The position numbers were made by a program, and so were the translations under genes. A stretch of 63,990 nucleotides of DNA, counting the filler. It is 4 parts of 4 records of this genome, joined end to end, with 100 filler letters (N's around TTAATTAATTAA, not from the genome) between each part and the next. Parts side by side here need not be neighbours in the genome. Positions count along the whole stretch, not along the records: positions 34,906 to 63,990 come from SRR31156797_2471; 3 more parts are not named here. One strand, given 5' to 3'. The notes beneath the pieces were generated by a model. That model was not told the origin of the DNA. It saw only the letters and a list, made by a program, of their open reading frames with translations, and searched no databases. Shown here piece after piece: positions 40,995-50,301 of the stretch; position 1 is the first letter of the stretch; each line of letters starts with the position of its first letter.

Positions 40995-41657
40995 TTATAT
41001 ATTTCTATTTGAAAGATCAAGTAGATCAGGGACTTTAAATATTTCACCATAAAGTTTATAAGAAAACGTATCACAAATATAAAGTGTATAGGCTGAAACA
41101 ATTGCATCTAAGCGATCTTCATACCTTTTTAAACTCTCCCCTTTAAGTTTATGAATATCTTCTATAAAATCTCCCTCTAAACTCTTCAATAAATATTGTT
41201 GTAGTATAGATAATTGCTCTTTAATAAATGCTGTATCTCGCCCTTTTTTCCTCTTATAAGGAAGTACTGTTCTATGAAAACAGTTCATAATAGTTGCATG
41301 GGGATATACTTCAAAGAGTGACTCTCCAAGTTTTTGTGGGATATTGTCAGATATCACTTCCCCTGCAATCACACCATTATTTTTTAAAAGAAGTGAGCGA
41401 TTCACTGGATAGACTCCAAGTTTTTTAGAAGCAAAATCTTTTAAAAACTCTTTTTCTATTTCTCTATTACCAGTTTCATTACTCACTTTTAATGGTGCAT
41501 CTATTCCCACTTGTGCTTCTGGATATTGAGCAATAAAGTTGATAATATTTTCTAAACCTTGCATTGTATCACTATAAAGAACCTTATTTTCATCTAATAG
41601 TGATACTCCTGAGTAGTTATCTGGATTCCATGCAAGATCAATACCTATGTAAAGCAT
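40995..41657 (-). CDS. DUF429-like predicted RNase H-fold nuclease
   Basis: YIGIDLAW, VGIDAPL, TGNR..E, EVYPH and EDRLDA motifs. Confidence 0.78.
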   Translation of the reverse strand: MLYIGIDLAWNPDNYSGVSLLDENKVLYSDTMQGLENIINFIAQYPEAQVGIDAPLKVSNETGNREIEKEFLKDFASKKLGVYPVNRSLLLKNNGVIAGEVISDNIPQKLGESLFEVYPHATIMNCFHRTVLPYKRKKGRDTAFIKEQLSILQQYLLKSLEGDFIEDIHKLKGESLKRYEDRLDAIVSAYTLYICDTFSYKLYGEIFKVPDLLDLSNRNI

Positions 41658-41676
41658 ATATTTATTAGAGTACTTT

Positions 41677-42903
41677 TTAACTAATTTTATTCAAATAATC
41701 TATGATTGCTTTACCCATTTCATAAGATAAATTCACAGGTACTGCATTTCCTATTTGTTTATACTGCTGACTCATTGAACCAACAAACTCCCAATCATCA
41801 GGAAAGGTTTGTATTCTAGCATATTCTCTTACTTGAAATGGTCTTGTTTGTTCAGGATGACATCTCTCCGTTTGCTTTTGAGCAGGAGCACAGGTGAGAG
41901 TTAAACATGGTTCATCCCAAGCTATTCGTCTTGCCATTCCTGTTTTTCCACCTCCAAGATAGAAGCTTTTTTGCATATATTCTTTTTGTATATCAAGAGG
42001 TAAATCTCTCCAATATCCACCTTGAGGAACCATATCTAAAACCTCTTTTTTTCTTTGTGGATATAGTTGTCCATTTGAACTTGGTACATCAGTAGAAAAA
42101 AGCTCACCTTTTTTTAAAGCATCTTTTAAAGTATATATCTTTTCATAAGGTACTGGATATTCAAACTCAATATCTTCTTTTTTTAAATCTTTTCTCACCC
42201 CTACTATAAAAAGCCTTTCCCTTTTTTGTGGTACCTTATAATAGATCGCTTTTAATACTTCAGGTTTATATACATAGTATCCCAACTCATCAAGTACCTC
42301 GATCATACTTTGAAGAGTTTTTCCCCCATCATGACTCAAAAGCCCTTTTACATTTTCAGCAATAAATACTTTTGGCCCAATCTCTTTTATAGCTCTTGCA
42401 TATTCAAAAAAAAGTGTCCCTCTGGTATCTTCAAAACCAAGTTTTTTCCCAGCATAACTAAAGGCTTGACAAGGAAAGCCTCCTGTAACTAGATCAACTT
42501 GATACTTATATGGTTGAAAATCGATCTTAGAAATATCCCCTTGTACTATATTCCATTTTGGTCTATTTAATTTTAATGTTTCAACTGCATATTTATCTAT
42601 TTCATTTAAAAGAGTATGTTTAAAGCCAGCTTTTTCTAAACCAAGTGCGAGTCCACCTGCTCCTGCAAAAAGCTCTATACTTGTATATGTTTTTTTAGGA
42701 AGAATTTTTTCATGTTTATTTTCATTAAAATAAAGCTTTCCTTTTTCAAACATAATAATATCACTCTTTTTATATGAACGATAATTATTTATAGGGTTTC
42801 TTATACTTTTTAGTTTCCCATCATTATCCCATCTACGAAGAGTTTCTTTATTTACATCTAATATTTTTGCTGTTTCTTCTAAAGAATAAATAGCTTGTGT
42901 CAT
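41677..42903 (-). CDS. DNA (cytosine-5)-methyltransferase with an N-terminal MerR-like HTH
   Basis: ELFAGAGG, GGFPCQ, ENV, QKRER and YKQIGNAVP. The target-recognition region resembles GGNCC-type enzymes (M.Eco47II/M.Sau96I-like). N-terminus YSLEETAKILDVNKETLRRWD. Confidence 0.93.
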   Translation of the reverse strand: MTQAIYSLEETAKILDVNKETLRRWDNDGKLKSIRNPINNYRSYKKSDIIMFEKGKLYFNENKHEKILPKKTYTSIELFAGAGGLALGLEKAGFKHTLLNEIDKYAVETLKLNRPKWNIVQGDISKIDFQPYKYQVDLVTGGFPCQAFSYAGKKLGFEDTRGTLFFEYARAIKEIGPKVFIAENVKGLLSHDGGKTLQSMIEVLDELGYYVYKPEVLKAIYYKVPQKRERLFIVGVRKDLKKEDIEFEYPVPYEKIYTLKDALKKGELFSTDVPSSNGQLYPQRKKEVLDMVPQGGYWRDLPLDIQKEYMQKSFYLGGGKTGMARRIAWDEPCLTLTCAPAQKQTERCHPEQTRPFQVREYARIQTFPDDWEFVGSMSQQYKQIGNAVPVNLSYEMGKAIIDYLNKIS

Positions 42904-43012
42904 ATACCCACCTTACACAACATTATATATGGTTATTATATCTTGCTTTTATTTATAAAGGTATTATAAGAGGTTTTTTTTAATTTTTTAGGTTTTATTG
43001 CAAAATGCAATG

Positions 43013-43741
43013 TTAATTATCTAATTCAGTAGAAAGTATTTGAATATATTCTGAAGCAGCTAACTTATCGATCACATTTTCAAGATCTTTTTTAAAGTTA
43101 GCTTGTATTGCAACTTCCCCTATTGCTTTAATCAAATCAGTATAAAACTCTTTATCTCCTGTGAGTCTATACCAAAAATCATCTCCTACTAAAATATCAT
43201 AATAATATTGTTTTGAGATTCTTTTATAATGAGCATTTAAATCTTTTTCTTCACCATAGATAATCCCAACAACAAGATTATGAAAGCCTATTTTTTCACC
43301 ATTTGTTCTAGCTAAGTTAATTACAGAGGTAAAATGTCCAGCTATAGTTTCAACATCGTCTTTGTTTATAGTATCTGGACCAGATTTTAATTGACAATAC
43401 TTTTTTTCATTGTCAAGTTTATCTATAAACTCTATATCAATCCCTGGAGTAGTACTTCCAAAGGAAGATAATACAGTGGATGTAAATTTTTGGATATTGG
43501 TACCAAAAGAAGTATTGATAGAAGTTCCTAATACTCTTGGATAGATAAGTGCTTTTGCTATACTTTTTGGATCATGATTTCCTTCTAAGAAATTAGAAAG
43601 GTAAGTTAAGAGAAAAGGATTGACGTTAAACTTCTCTATTGAAGAGAGTTTTAAAGTGTTCTTAATATGATTTTGAGCAATTGAGTCTTTAAACCACTCT
43701 TTTGCTTTTATTAAAATCTCACTTTTCTCTTTTTCAGTCAC
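43013..43741 (-). CDS. Type II restriction endonuclease (PmeII/EcoO109I-like, PD-(D/E)XK)
   Basis: NPFL...TSINTSFG and GIDIEF...QLKSGP.TIN; directly upstream of the C5 methyltransferase. Confidence 0.8.
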   Translation of the reverse strand: MTEKEKSEILIKAKEWFKDSIAQNHIKNTLKLSSIEKFNVNPFLLTYLSNFLEGNHDPKSIAKALIYPRVLGTSINTSFGTNIQKFTSTVLSSFGSTTPGIDIEFIDKLDNEKKYCQLKSGPDTINKDDVETIAGHFTSVINLARTNGEKIGFHNLVVGIIYGEEKDLNAHYKRISKQYYYDILVGDDFWYRLTGDKEFYTDLIKAIGEVAIQANFKKDLENVIDKLAASEYIQILSTELDN

Positions 43742-43752
43742 TGTATGATCTT

Positions 43753-45543
43753 TTAGTCAAGTTTCAATACAGCCATAAAAGCCTCTTGTGGAACATTTAC
43801 TTTCCCAATAGCTTTCATCCGCTTTTTTCCCTCTTTTTGTTTCTCTAGAAGTTTTCTTTTTCTTGTGATATCTCCACCATAACATTTTGCCGTTACATTC
43901 TTTCCTGTCGATTTTACAGTTTCACGTGCGATAATATCTCTTCCTATACTTGCTTGAATAGCCACTTCAAAAAGTTGTCTTGGGATCAACTCTTTGAGCT
44001 GTTTTACAAATACTCTTCCTCTTGCTTGTGCTTTTTCTGCTGGAACAATGATGCTCAGTGCATCTACAGGATCCCCTGCTACTAAGATATCAAGTTTTTT
44101 CAAATCCCCTGGTCTAAACCCAACAATCTCATAATCAAAACTTGCATACCCTTTTGTAGTCGATTTTAACTTATCATAAAAATCCATTACAATCTCATTC
44201 ATTGGAATATCATATTCAAGTAATACTCTTTTGTTGATATAATCCATTTTAATTTGGATTCCACGTTTATCATTTAAAAGCTTGATCACATTTCCTAAGA
44301 ACTCATCTGGAACTAAAATAGTTGCTTTTACATATGGTTCACTGATAACCTCTATTTTATTTACAGGAGGCAGTTCATATGGGTTTTGGATCATCAAAGT
44401 TTCCCCATCTGTTGTTTGTACTTCATAAACAACTGTTGGTGCAGTAGCTATAAGCTCTAGATTAAATTCTCGCTCTAATCTTTCTTTGATAACTTCCATA
44501 TGAAGCATCCCTAGAAAACCTGTTCTAAATCCACTTCCAAGTGCAGCTGAGCTTTCAGGCTCATAAGAGATAGAGCTATCATTAAGTTTGAGTTTTTCTA
44601 AAGCATCCCTTAGATCTTCAAACTTATCTGTCTCAATTGGATAGATCCCTGCAAATACAAATGGTTTTGCTGGCTCAAACCCTGCAATTGATTTTTCAGT
44701 TGGTTTTGCTGCATCAGTCATCGTATCACCAACAGCAATCCCCTCAGTAGTTTTGAGTCCTAATACAACGATCCCAATCTCACCAGTTTCTATCTCAGTT
44801 GTTTTTTGACGTTTAATTGGATGTGGATACATAAGATCTAACACTTTATGCTCAACTTTTGTATTCATCATTTTAAGCATTTGACCTTTTTTAATAGACC
44901 CATCATACACTCTAACAAGTGCTAAGGCTCCTAAATAGTTATCAAACCAACTATCATAAATAAGTGCTTTTGTTGAAGCATTTTCATCTCCTGTTGGAGC
45001 AGGAATTCGATCCACAATAGAATCAATAAGATCCCTTACCCCAAGACCTGTTTTAGCTGAAATTAGATTATGCTCTGTACAATCAAGTCCAATAGCCTCT
45101 TCCACCTCTTCTAATACCCTATCTGGATCAGCTGATGGAAGATCTATTTTATTTACTACAGGTAAAAGTTCTAGATCATTATCCATTGCAATATATACAT
45201 TGGCAATAGTTTGAGCTTCAACCCCTTGAGTTGAATCAATAATAAGTAAAGCTCCCTCAGATGAAGCTAAAGACCTACTTACCTCATAAGAAAAGTCTAC
45301 GTGTCCTGGAGTGTCAATGAGGTTTAGAACATAATGTTCTCCATCTTTTACATAATCGAGTCTTACTGATTGGGCTTTAATGGTGATTCCACGCTCTTGT
45401 TCAATATCCATGGTATCCATCATTTGTGCTGACATCTCACGATCTGCAACTGAGCCACACTCTTGTATGATCCTATCGGCTAAAGTAGATTTTCCATGGT
45501 CAATATGTGCAATAATTGAAAAGTTTCTAATATTTTTTTGCAA
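43753..45543 (-). CDS. lepA: Translation elongation factor 4
   Basis: [27 protein letters not shown] and [26 protein letters not shown]. Confidence 0.98.
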   Translation of the reverse strand: MQKNIRNFSIIAHIDHGKSTLADRIIQECGSVADREMSAQMMDTMDIEQERGITIKAQSVRLDYVKDGEHYVLNLIDTPGHVDFSYEVSRSLASSEGALLIIDSTQGVEAQTIANVYIAMDNDLELLPVVNKIDLPSADPDRVLEEVEEAIGLDCTEHNLISAKTGLGVRDLIDSIVDRIPAPTGDENASTKALIYDSWFDNYLGALALVRVYDGSIKKGQMLKMMNTKVEHKVLDLMYPHPIKRQKTTEIETGEIGIVVLGLKTTEGIAVGDTMTDAAKPTEKSIAGFEPAKPFVFAGIYPIETDKFEDLRDALEKLKLNDSSISYEPESSAALGSGFRTGFLGMLHMEVIKERLEREFNLELIATAPTVVYEVQTTDGETLMIQNPYELPPVNKIEVISEPYVKATILVPDEFLGNVIKLLNDKRGIQIKMDYINKRVLLEYDIPMNEIVMDFYDKLKSTTKGYASFDYEIVGFRPGDLKKLDILVAGDPVDALSIIVPAEKAQARGRVFVKQLKELIPRQLFEVAIQASIGRDIIARETVKSTGKNVTAKCYGGDITRKRKLLEKQKEGKKRMKAIGKVNVPQEAFMAVLKLD

Positions 45544-45624
45544 GTTTTATCCTATAACTATAGATTTCTATAAAATCGCAATTATATCTAAAAATTACTT
45601 GAAATGTGTTGTAAGTATCTTGTA

Positions 45625-46803
45625 TCAGTAGTTATACTGAGTAATGGCACTTTGTAAGTATCTGTAAAAAAGATGGTGAGGAGAGAAAAAGATCTGATCA
45701 TATTTTCCATTTTTAAAATGGGATACCACTCCTACAAAATAGTTCTCAAACTTTTTACTATCATAACTTCCATTAAACACAACTGGTCCCCCTGAAGCTC
45801 CTTTATATCCTCTACACGTGCTTTTTGCATATGTTATACTATGCTCTTGTAACTGACATTTTGGATCATAACTTAATGTATCACCATTTTTTCCTATATC
45901 ACTTGAATATCCACCTAATGAAGCAAAAGAGTATTCATAATCCTTTTTCATATCCTCAAAACTTTTATCAACTACTAATAAAGGCTTTATATCTTTTTTT
46001 TGTATACCACTACTTAAAATAAGTACCGCATAGTCACTATTTTGCTGTAAGCGATTTTCATCATAGATACTATCCATATATATTTCAGCATATTTTTGGA
46101 TAAGTTGTCCATTAGAGCCTTTAATAAGGAACTTGATCACTCCAGCATTATTATCAAAATGAGTAATACAATGTGATGCTGTAACGATTACTTTAGAGCT
46201 TTCACTATCATTAAAATTTACTAAAGTAGCTGAGCATTTTTGTGTTTGTTTATAGATCTTATCATGTTGTTTTGTTAAACTAACAGGAACAATTAGTTTC
46301 CCGATCGCTTGTGTCCAACTTGGAGAATCTGCTGAGACAAGCTTTCTAGTATCTGTTGCAAGCTTTTTTTGATGTTTGTAGTTTTTAGCTGCCTCATATA
46401 ATTTTTTTTCTACTCTTTTATTTCCTAGATTGACTGCTTCATTGTAAGAGTGATATGCATGTGCATACTTTTTCCCTAAAGTATATAGATCGCCCTCTTT
46501 TTCATGTACTAAAGAGAGTTTGTGTTTTGCTAACTTACTATGAAACTTATGTGCTTCTTGATAATATTTTTTTGCTTTTTTATACCCTTGGATATTATAA
46601 TATTTATCACCAAGAAATATATACCCATTTACTAACTTTTTTATACTATTTAGATCAAATCTACCACTAGTAAAACTTTTTTCATATTCTTGTAAAGATT
46701 TATAAAACTTATTCTCATCAATATTTTGTCCATCAATTGTGATATTTGCATTCAGGCTTAGAGAGACACATAAAAAGAAAAAAAGAGTTTTTACTAATTT
46801 CAT
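45625..46803 (-). CDS. Exported TPR-repeat / trypsin-like serine protease
   Basis: Signal peptide, TPR/Sel1-like helices, and catalytic triad motifs VTASHC, SDYAVL and GASGGP. Confidence 0.75.
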   Translation of the reverse strand: MKLVKTLFFFLCVSLSLNANITIDGQNIDENKFYKSLQEYEKSFTSGRFDLNSIKKLVNGYIFLGDKYYNIQGYKKAKKYYQEAHKFHSKLAKHKLSLVHEKEGDLYTLGKKYAHAYHSYNEAVNLGNKRVEKKLYEAAKNYKHQKKLATDTRKLVSADSPSWTQAIGKLIVPVSLTKQHDKIYKQTQKCSATLVNFNDSESSKVIVTASHCITHFDNNAGVIKFLIKGSNGQLIQKYAEIYMDSIYDENRLQQNSDYAVLILSSGIQKKDIKPLLVVDKSFEDMKKDYEYSFASLGGYSSDIGKNGDTLSYDPKCQLQEHSITYAKSTCRGYKGASGGPVVFNGSYDSKKFENYFVGVVSHFKNGKYDQIFFSPHHLFYRYLQSAITQYNY

Positions 46804-46989
46804 AAACTTTTCCCATATTGATCTTATCTATTCAAAAGAATAAGATATCTTCTAAATGTGATTCTATCTCTCCAATTCTTAATTTCAGATTAAATATTAT
46901 TTATTTAGAAAAGTTTTTTTATAATTTAGCCTTTAAATAGGCTATGTATAACAATAAAGGATATTTAAGATTGATTATTTTTTAAATGA

Positions 46990-47024
46990 AAAACCAAGCA
47001 CTTTTTTAAAATTTAAGTGCTTAG
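46990..47024 (-). terminator. Rho-independent terminator ending the T1SS operon
   Basis: On the minus strand CTAAGCACTT...AAGTGCTTGG followed by TTTTT, just after the WG-repeat gene. Confidence 0.65.
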
Positions 47025-47038
47025 TCTGAATGAAGTTT

Positions 47039-47782
47039 TTAGAAATTATCTGCAGCGTTAAAAATATTTCTTGTAAGTAGTGTCCCATCAGGTTTCATAA
47101 ATGTCCATCTATCTTCTAATTTAACTTTTGCTAAACCTTTTGAAAAATCATAAGCATATTCAAACACTGGTTTTGAAATAACATTACATTCCATATCAAT
47201 AAAGCCCCATTTTGAATCCACTTCAATACGTCTAATACTTTCACTTTGAAGATAGATTCTATCAAACTCAGGTTGTAGTTTAACATTCATCTCATTATCG
47301 ATACATCCAAACTTTCCATCTTGTTTTACTAAAGCAACACTATAAACAAACTCTTCAATATCTTCATAGATAGGCTCTAACACCACTTCAAAATCTTTAT
47401 TGATAAGTCCATATTTTCCATCTGTTTCTATTTTTGCAAAACCATTAAAAAATCTCCCTATTGAATCATACTGATCTTTTACAAGTAGATTTCCCTCAAG
47501 ATCAATGATCCCATATTTATTTTGAACATTTCTTACAACGGCATATCTTTCTTCCCCATTATCATGGAACCAGTGAAAGTTTATATAATTTGGATGATCA
47601 TATTTTTCTTGCTTTCCTTCTAAAGTTCCAACTCTTTGAAAGATAGGTTTTACTACTACATCAGAATCATTCTTTACCACACCATCTTTACTTCCCACAT
47701 CTATAACTGCATATTCAGATTTTTGTGAACACCCTGAAAATAATGCAATTAAAAAAACAGAACCTAATAGAATCTTTTTCAT
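47039..47782 (-). CDS. WG-repeat (KWG-type) lipoprotein
   Basis: Lipobox FSGC; repeats KYGIID, KYGLIN, KFGCID, KWGFID with F.nG.A.V; start at the second Met after an AAAGG RBS. Confidence 0.85.
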   Translation of the reverse strand: MKKILLGSVFLIALFSGCSQKSEYAVIDVGSKDGVVKNDSDVVVKPIFQRVGTLEGKQEKYDHPNYINFHWFHDNGEERYAVVRNVQNKYGIIDLEGNLLVKDQYDSIGRFFNGFAKIETDGKYGLINKDFEVVLEPIYEDIEEFVYSVALVKQDGKFGCIDNEMNVKLQPEFDRIYLQSESIRRIEVDSKWGFIDMECNVISKPVFEYAYDFSKGLAKVKLEDRWTFMKPDGTLLTRNIFNAADNF

Positions 47783-47793
47783 CTCTAATCCTT

Positions 47794-48921
47794 TCACTTT
47801 CTTATAATCTTAAAGTCAACTCTTCTAGAAGCCTCTTTATTTTCTGTACCATCCGCATTGATAATTAAATTATCGTAAGACATTCCATATGCATGAAAGA
47901 TCTCTCTTGCCCATTCAATATCCATGCTGTTACTAGCCATAATCACTTCAATAATATACTCTTTTACATTATCTGCTCTTTTTTGTGATAAGAGTTTATT
48001 TTTTTGATATCTTTCCTCTTCTGTTTTTGCGGAGCTATACTCTGAAGATGTGTGCCCTTCCACTCTTACTTCATTAATATTATCTCTATACTCCGCAAGA
48101 ACTTTTAAATATCTTGGAACAAAATCTACCAAAATACTTTTAAATCCAGGTTTTAAATTCTCTTTCCCTTTTTCAAATAATGCAACAGGGTTATTAAATC
48201 TAAATAATAGATCATCTTTTGTAAGTTCAGCATTCCAAGGCTCAAAATCAGGTTCAAACTCTTCATATAAAGCCTCATATAAACCTTTAAATTCTGGAGC
48301 CATCGCAAGTGGTATATTCTCATTCTCTTCAACTACTGGTTCTACTGCATATGTTTCTGGCTCTGGTACTTCCTCTGCTACAACAGGTTCTTTCTCCACT
48401 ACAGCAGTATTGTTACAATATGCGATCATATCAGTAGCTTGTAACATCTGCGTGATCAATTCATCGTTGTTTCTAGTGCTATATGAAAGTGGTGTCATAT
48501 CATATCTATCCACAACATCTTTTTTTGCACCATTACAAATGAGAAGTTTTGAAAGATCAGTATAATCATCTCTTGTGGTATCTAATAAAGGAGTATCTTT
48601 ATACTTATCAGTACTATTTACATCAGCACCACTTTGAATCAGATATTCACTTATCTCATATTGTTTTAGTCTTACTGCAATATGTAAAGGGGTATACCCA
48701 TATTCATCTTTAAAGTTTATATCACTTTGATTGGATACTAATTGTTGTACTTGTTCTAGATCATTTGAACGAACTGCATCATGCAATGCCAATGGATTTT
48801 GAGAAGTAGTAGCTTCTACTTCTTGATTCCCATCAGTTGATGCCACTTCTATTGGTTCTTTTTGTGAACATCCACCAAATATGATAGATGCAATAACTAA
48901 AAAAATATATAAAGTTTTCAT
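47794..48921 (-). CDS. Lipoprotein with ankyrin repeats and a C-terminal OmpA/MotB-like (ZorB-like) peptidoglycan-binding domain
   Basis: Lipobox FGGC; ankyrin motifs GYTPLHIAV, DTPLL, MTPL; acidic linker; VEGHTSS...LSQKRA...SRRVDFKI. Confidence 0.85.
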   Translation of the reverse strand: MKTLYIFLVIASIIFGGCSQKEPIEVASTDGNQEVEATTSQNPLALHDAVRSNDLEQVQQLVSNQSDINFKDEYGYTPLHIAVRLKQYEISEYLIQSGADVNSTDKYKDTPLLDTTRDDYTDLSKLLICNGAKKDVVDRYDMTPLSYSTRNNDELITQMLQATDMIAYCNNTAVVEKEPVVAEEVPEPETYAVEPVVEENENIPLAMAPEFKGLYEALYEEFEPDFEPWNAELTKDDLLFRFNNPVALFEKGKENLKPGFKSILVDFVPRYLKVLAEYRDNINEVRVEGHTSSEYSSAKTEEERYQKNKLLSQKRADNVKEYIIEVIMASNSMDIEWAREIFHAYGMSYDNLIINADGTENKEASRRVDFKIIRK

Positions 48922-48948
48922 TGTTTCTCTCCTTGCGATAAATTAAAC

Positions 48949-50301
48949 TTATCTTTCATGTAATGACCCTTCTTTTATTTTGATGATCGGTTTTAAGAAA
49001 AAATCCATAATAGTCTTTTTTCCTGTTACAATATCAACACTTGCCACCATTCCTGGGATAATTGGCAGTTTCTCACCATCTCTTTCCAAATAACTTTTAT
49101 CTGTTTGTACTATGATCTGATAATAGTTTTTTCCATCTTTACTTTCAGTATCTTTTATACTATCTGCTGAGATCTCAATGATCTTTCCATCTAAACCACC
49201 ATACACAGTAAAATCATATGCTGTAAACTTTACAACCGCTTTTTGAGCAGGTGAGATAAATGCAATATCTTTAGGATCGATCTTCGCTTCAACCAATAAA
49301 ATATCACTATCAGGTACGATCTCTATTAGATCAATTCCTGATTTTACAACTCCACCAATAGTATTAATATTGATCTGTTTAATTATACCATTCACTGGTG
49401 ATCGTATGGTTGTTTTTTCTAATTTGTCAGATTCAGAGACTAATCTAGATTCTATTTTATTGAGTAAGATATCAACCTCTTGCATCTCCTTATATGATTC
49501 AGATCGAAAGGTTTTTACTTTTTCTATGATCTTATTCTCAGCTTCTGAGATTGAAAGATCAGAACGCGATAATGCAAGCTGTGATGCTTCAAGATCACCC
49601 TCTAGCTGATTCATCTCTTTTTGCATATTTAAAAGCTCAACTCTTGATTTTGAACCAGATCGCACCATTTTTTGAATAGTAGTTAATTGTCTACTAGCCA
49701 ATTCTAAGCTTTTCTTCAATTGAGAAATTTTTGCTAGGATCTCTTTTTTCTCTTGTACTTTTTGTTCAAATTGTAATTCTAAGATTTTTAATGAACTTCT
49801 ATGCTCATCAATATTATTTTTAAATACTTTTTTCTCTACATTAATGATCTGCTTTTGTCCACGAACCGCTTTTGGAAAATCTATTGTAGGCATTTTTTTT
49901 CTTGGATTATAAGAAAGTTGTGTATTCAATCTTGCTTTTTTTGCTAAAAGTGCTAATCTTTCATCTTTGACTTCATCTAAAGAAGCTTCAAATCTTGTTG
50001 TATCTATTTTCATTAATGCCTGACCACGTTCTACATGCTCACCACTTTTAATTAAAATCTCTGAAATAATACCACCATCAAGATTTTGAACTTTTTGAAT
50101 CTTATTTGATGGTATTACTTTTCCCTCTCCACGAGTAAGTTCATCAACTTCGGCTACCATAGCCCAAGCTACAAGTCCAATAATTAAAAACATTAAAAGA
50201 AAAAAGATAAGGTCTACATTTTTTTTAGGTTTATCAAAATAGTGTCCATAGGAAGAATGAACGAAACCTATATCTTTTTCTGCTTCTTTAGTTGTTTCCA
50301 C
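48949..50301 (-). CDS. HlyD-family type I secretion periplasmic adaptor (LapC-like)
   Basis: GEGKVIPS..QKVQNLDGG, IRSPVNG, FTAYDFTVYGGL and PGM...DIVTG. Confidence 0.93.
   Translation of the reverse strand: METTKEAEKDIGFVHSSYGHYFDKPKKNVDLIFFLLMFLIIGLVAWAMVAEVDELTRGEGKVIPSNKIQKVQNLDGGIISEILIKSGEHVERGQALMKIDTTRFEASLDEVKDERLALLAKKARLNTQLSYNPRKKMPTIDFPKAVRGQKQIINVEKKVFKNNIDEHRSSLKILELQFEQKVQEKKEILAKISQLKKSLELASRQLTTIQKMVRSGSKSRVELLNMQKEMNQLEGDLEASQLALSRSDLSISEAENKIIEKVKTFRSESYKEMQEVDILLNKIESRLVSESDKLEKTTIRSPVNGIIKQININTIGGVVKSGIDLIEIVPDSDILLVEAKIDPKDIAFISPAQKAVVKFTAYDFTVYGGLDGKIIEISADSIKDTESKDGKNYYQIIVQTDKSYLERDGEKLPIIPGMVASVDIVTGKKTIMDFFLKPIIKIKEGSLHER

Noticed and set aside
47794-48921. Zorya anti-phage system
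   Set aside because: Only a ZorB-like domain is present, with no zorA/C/D/E, and the context is a secretion operon.
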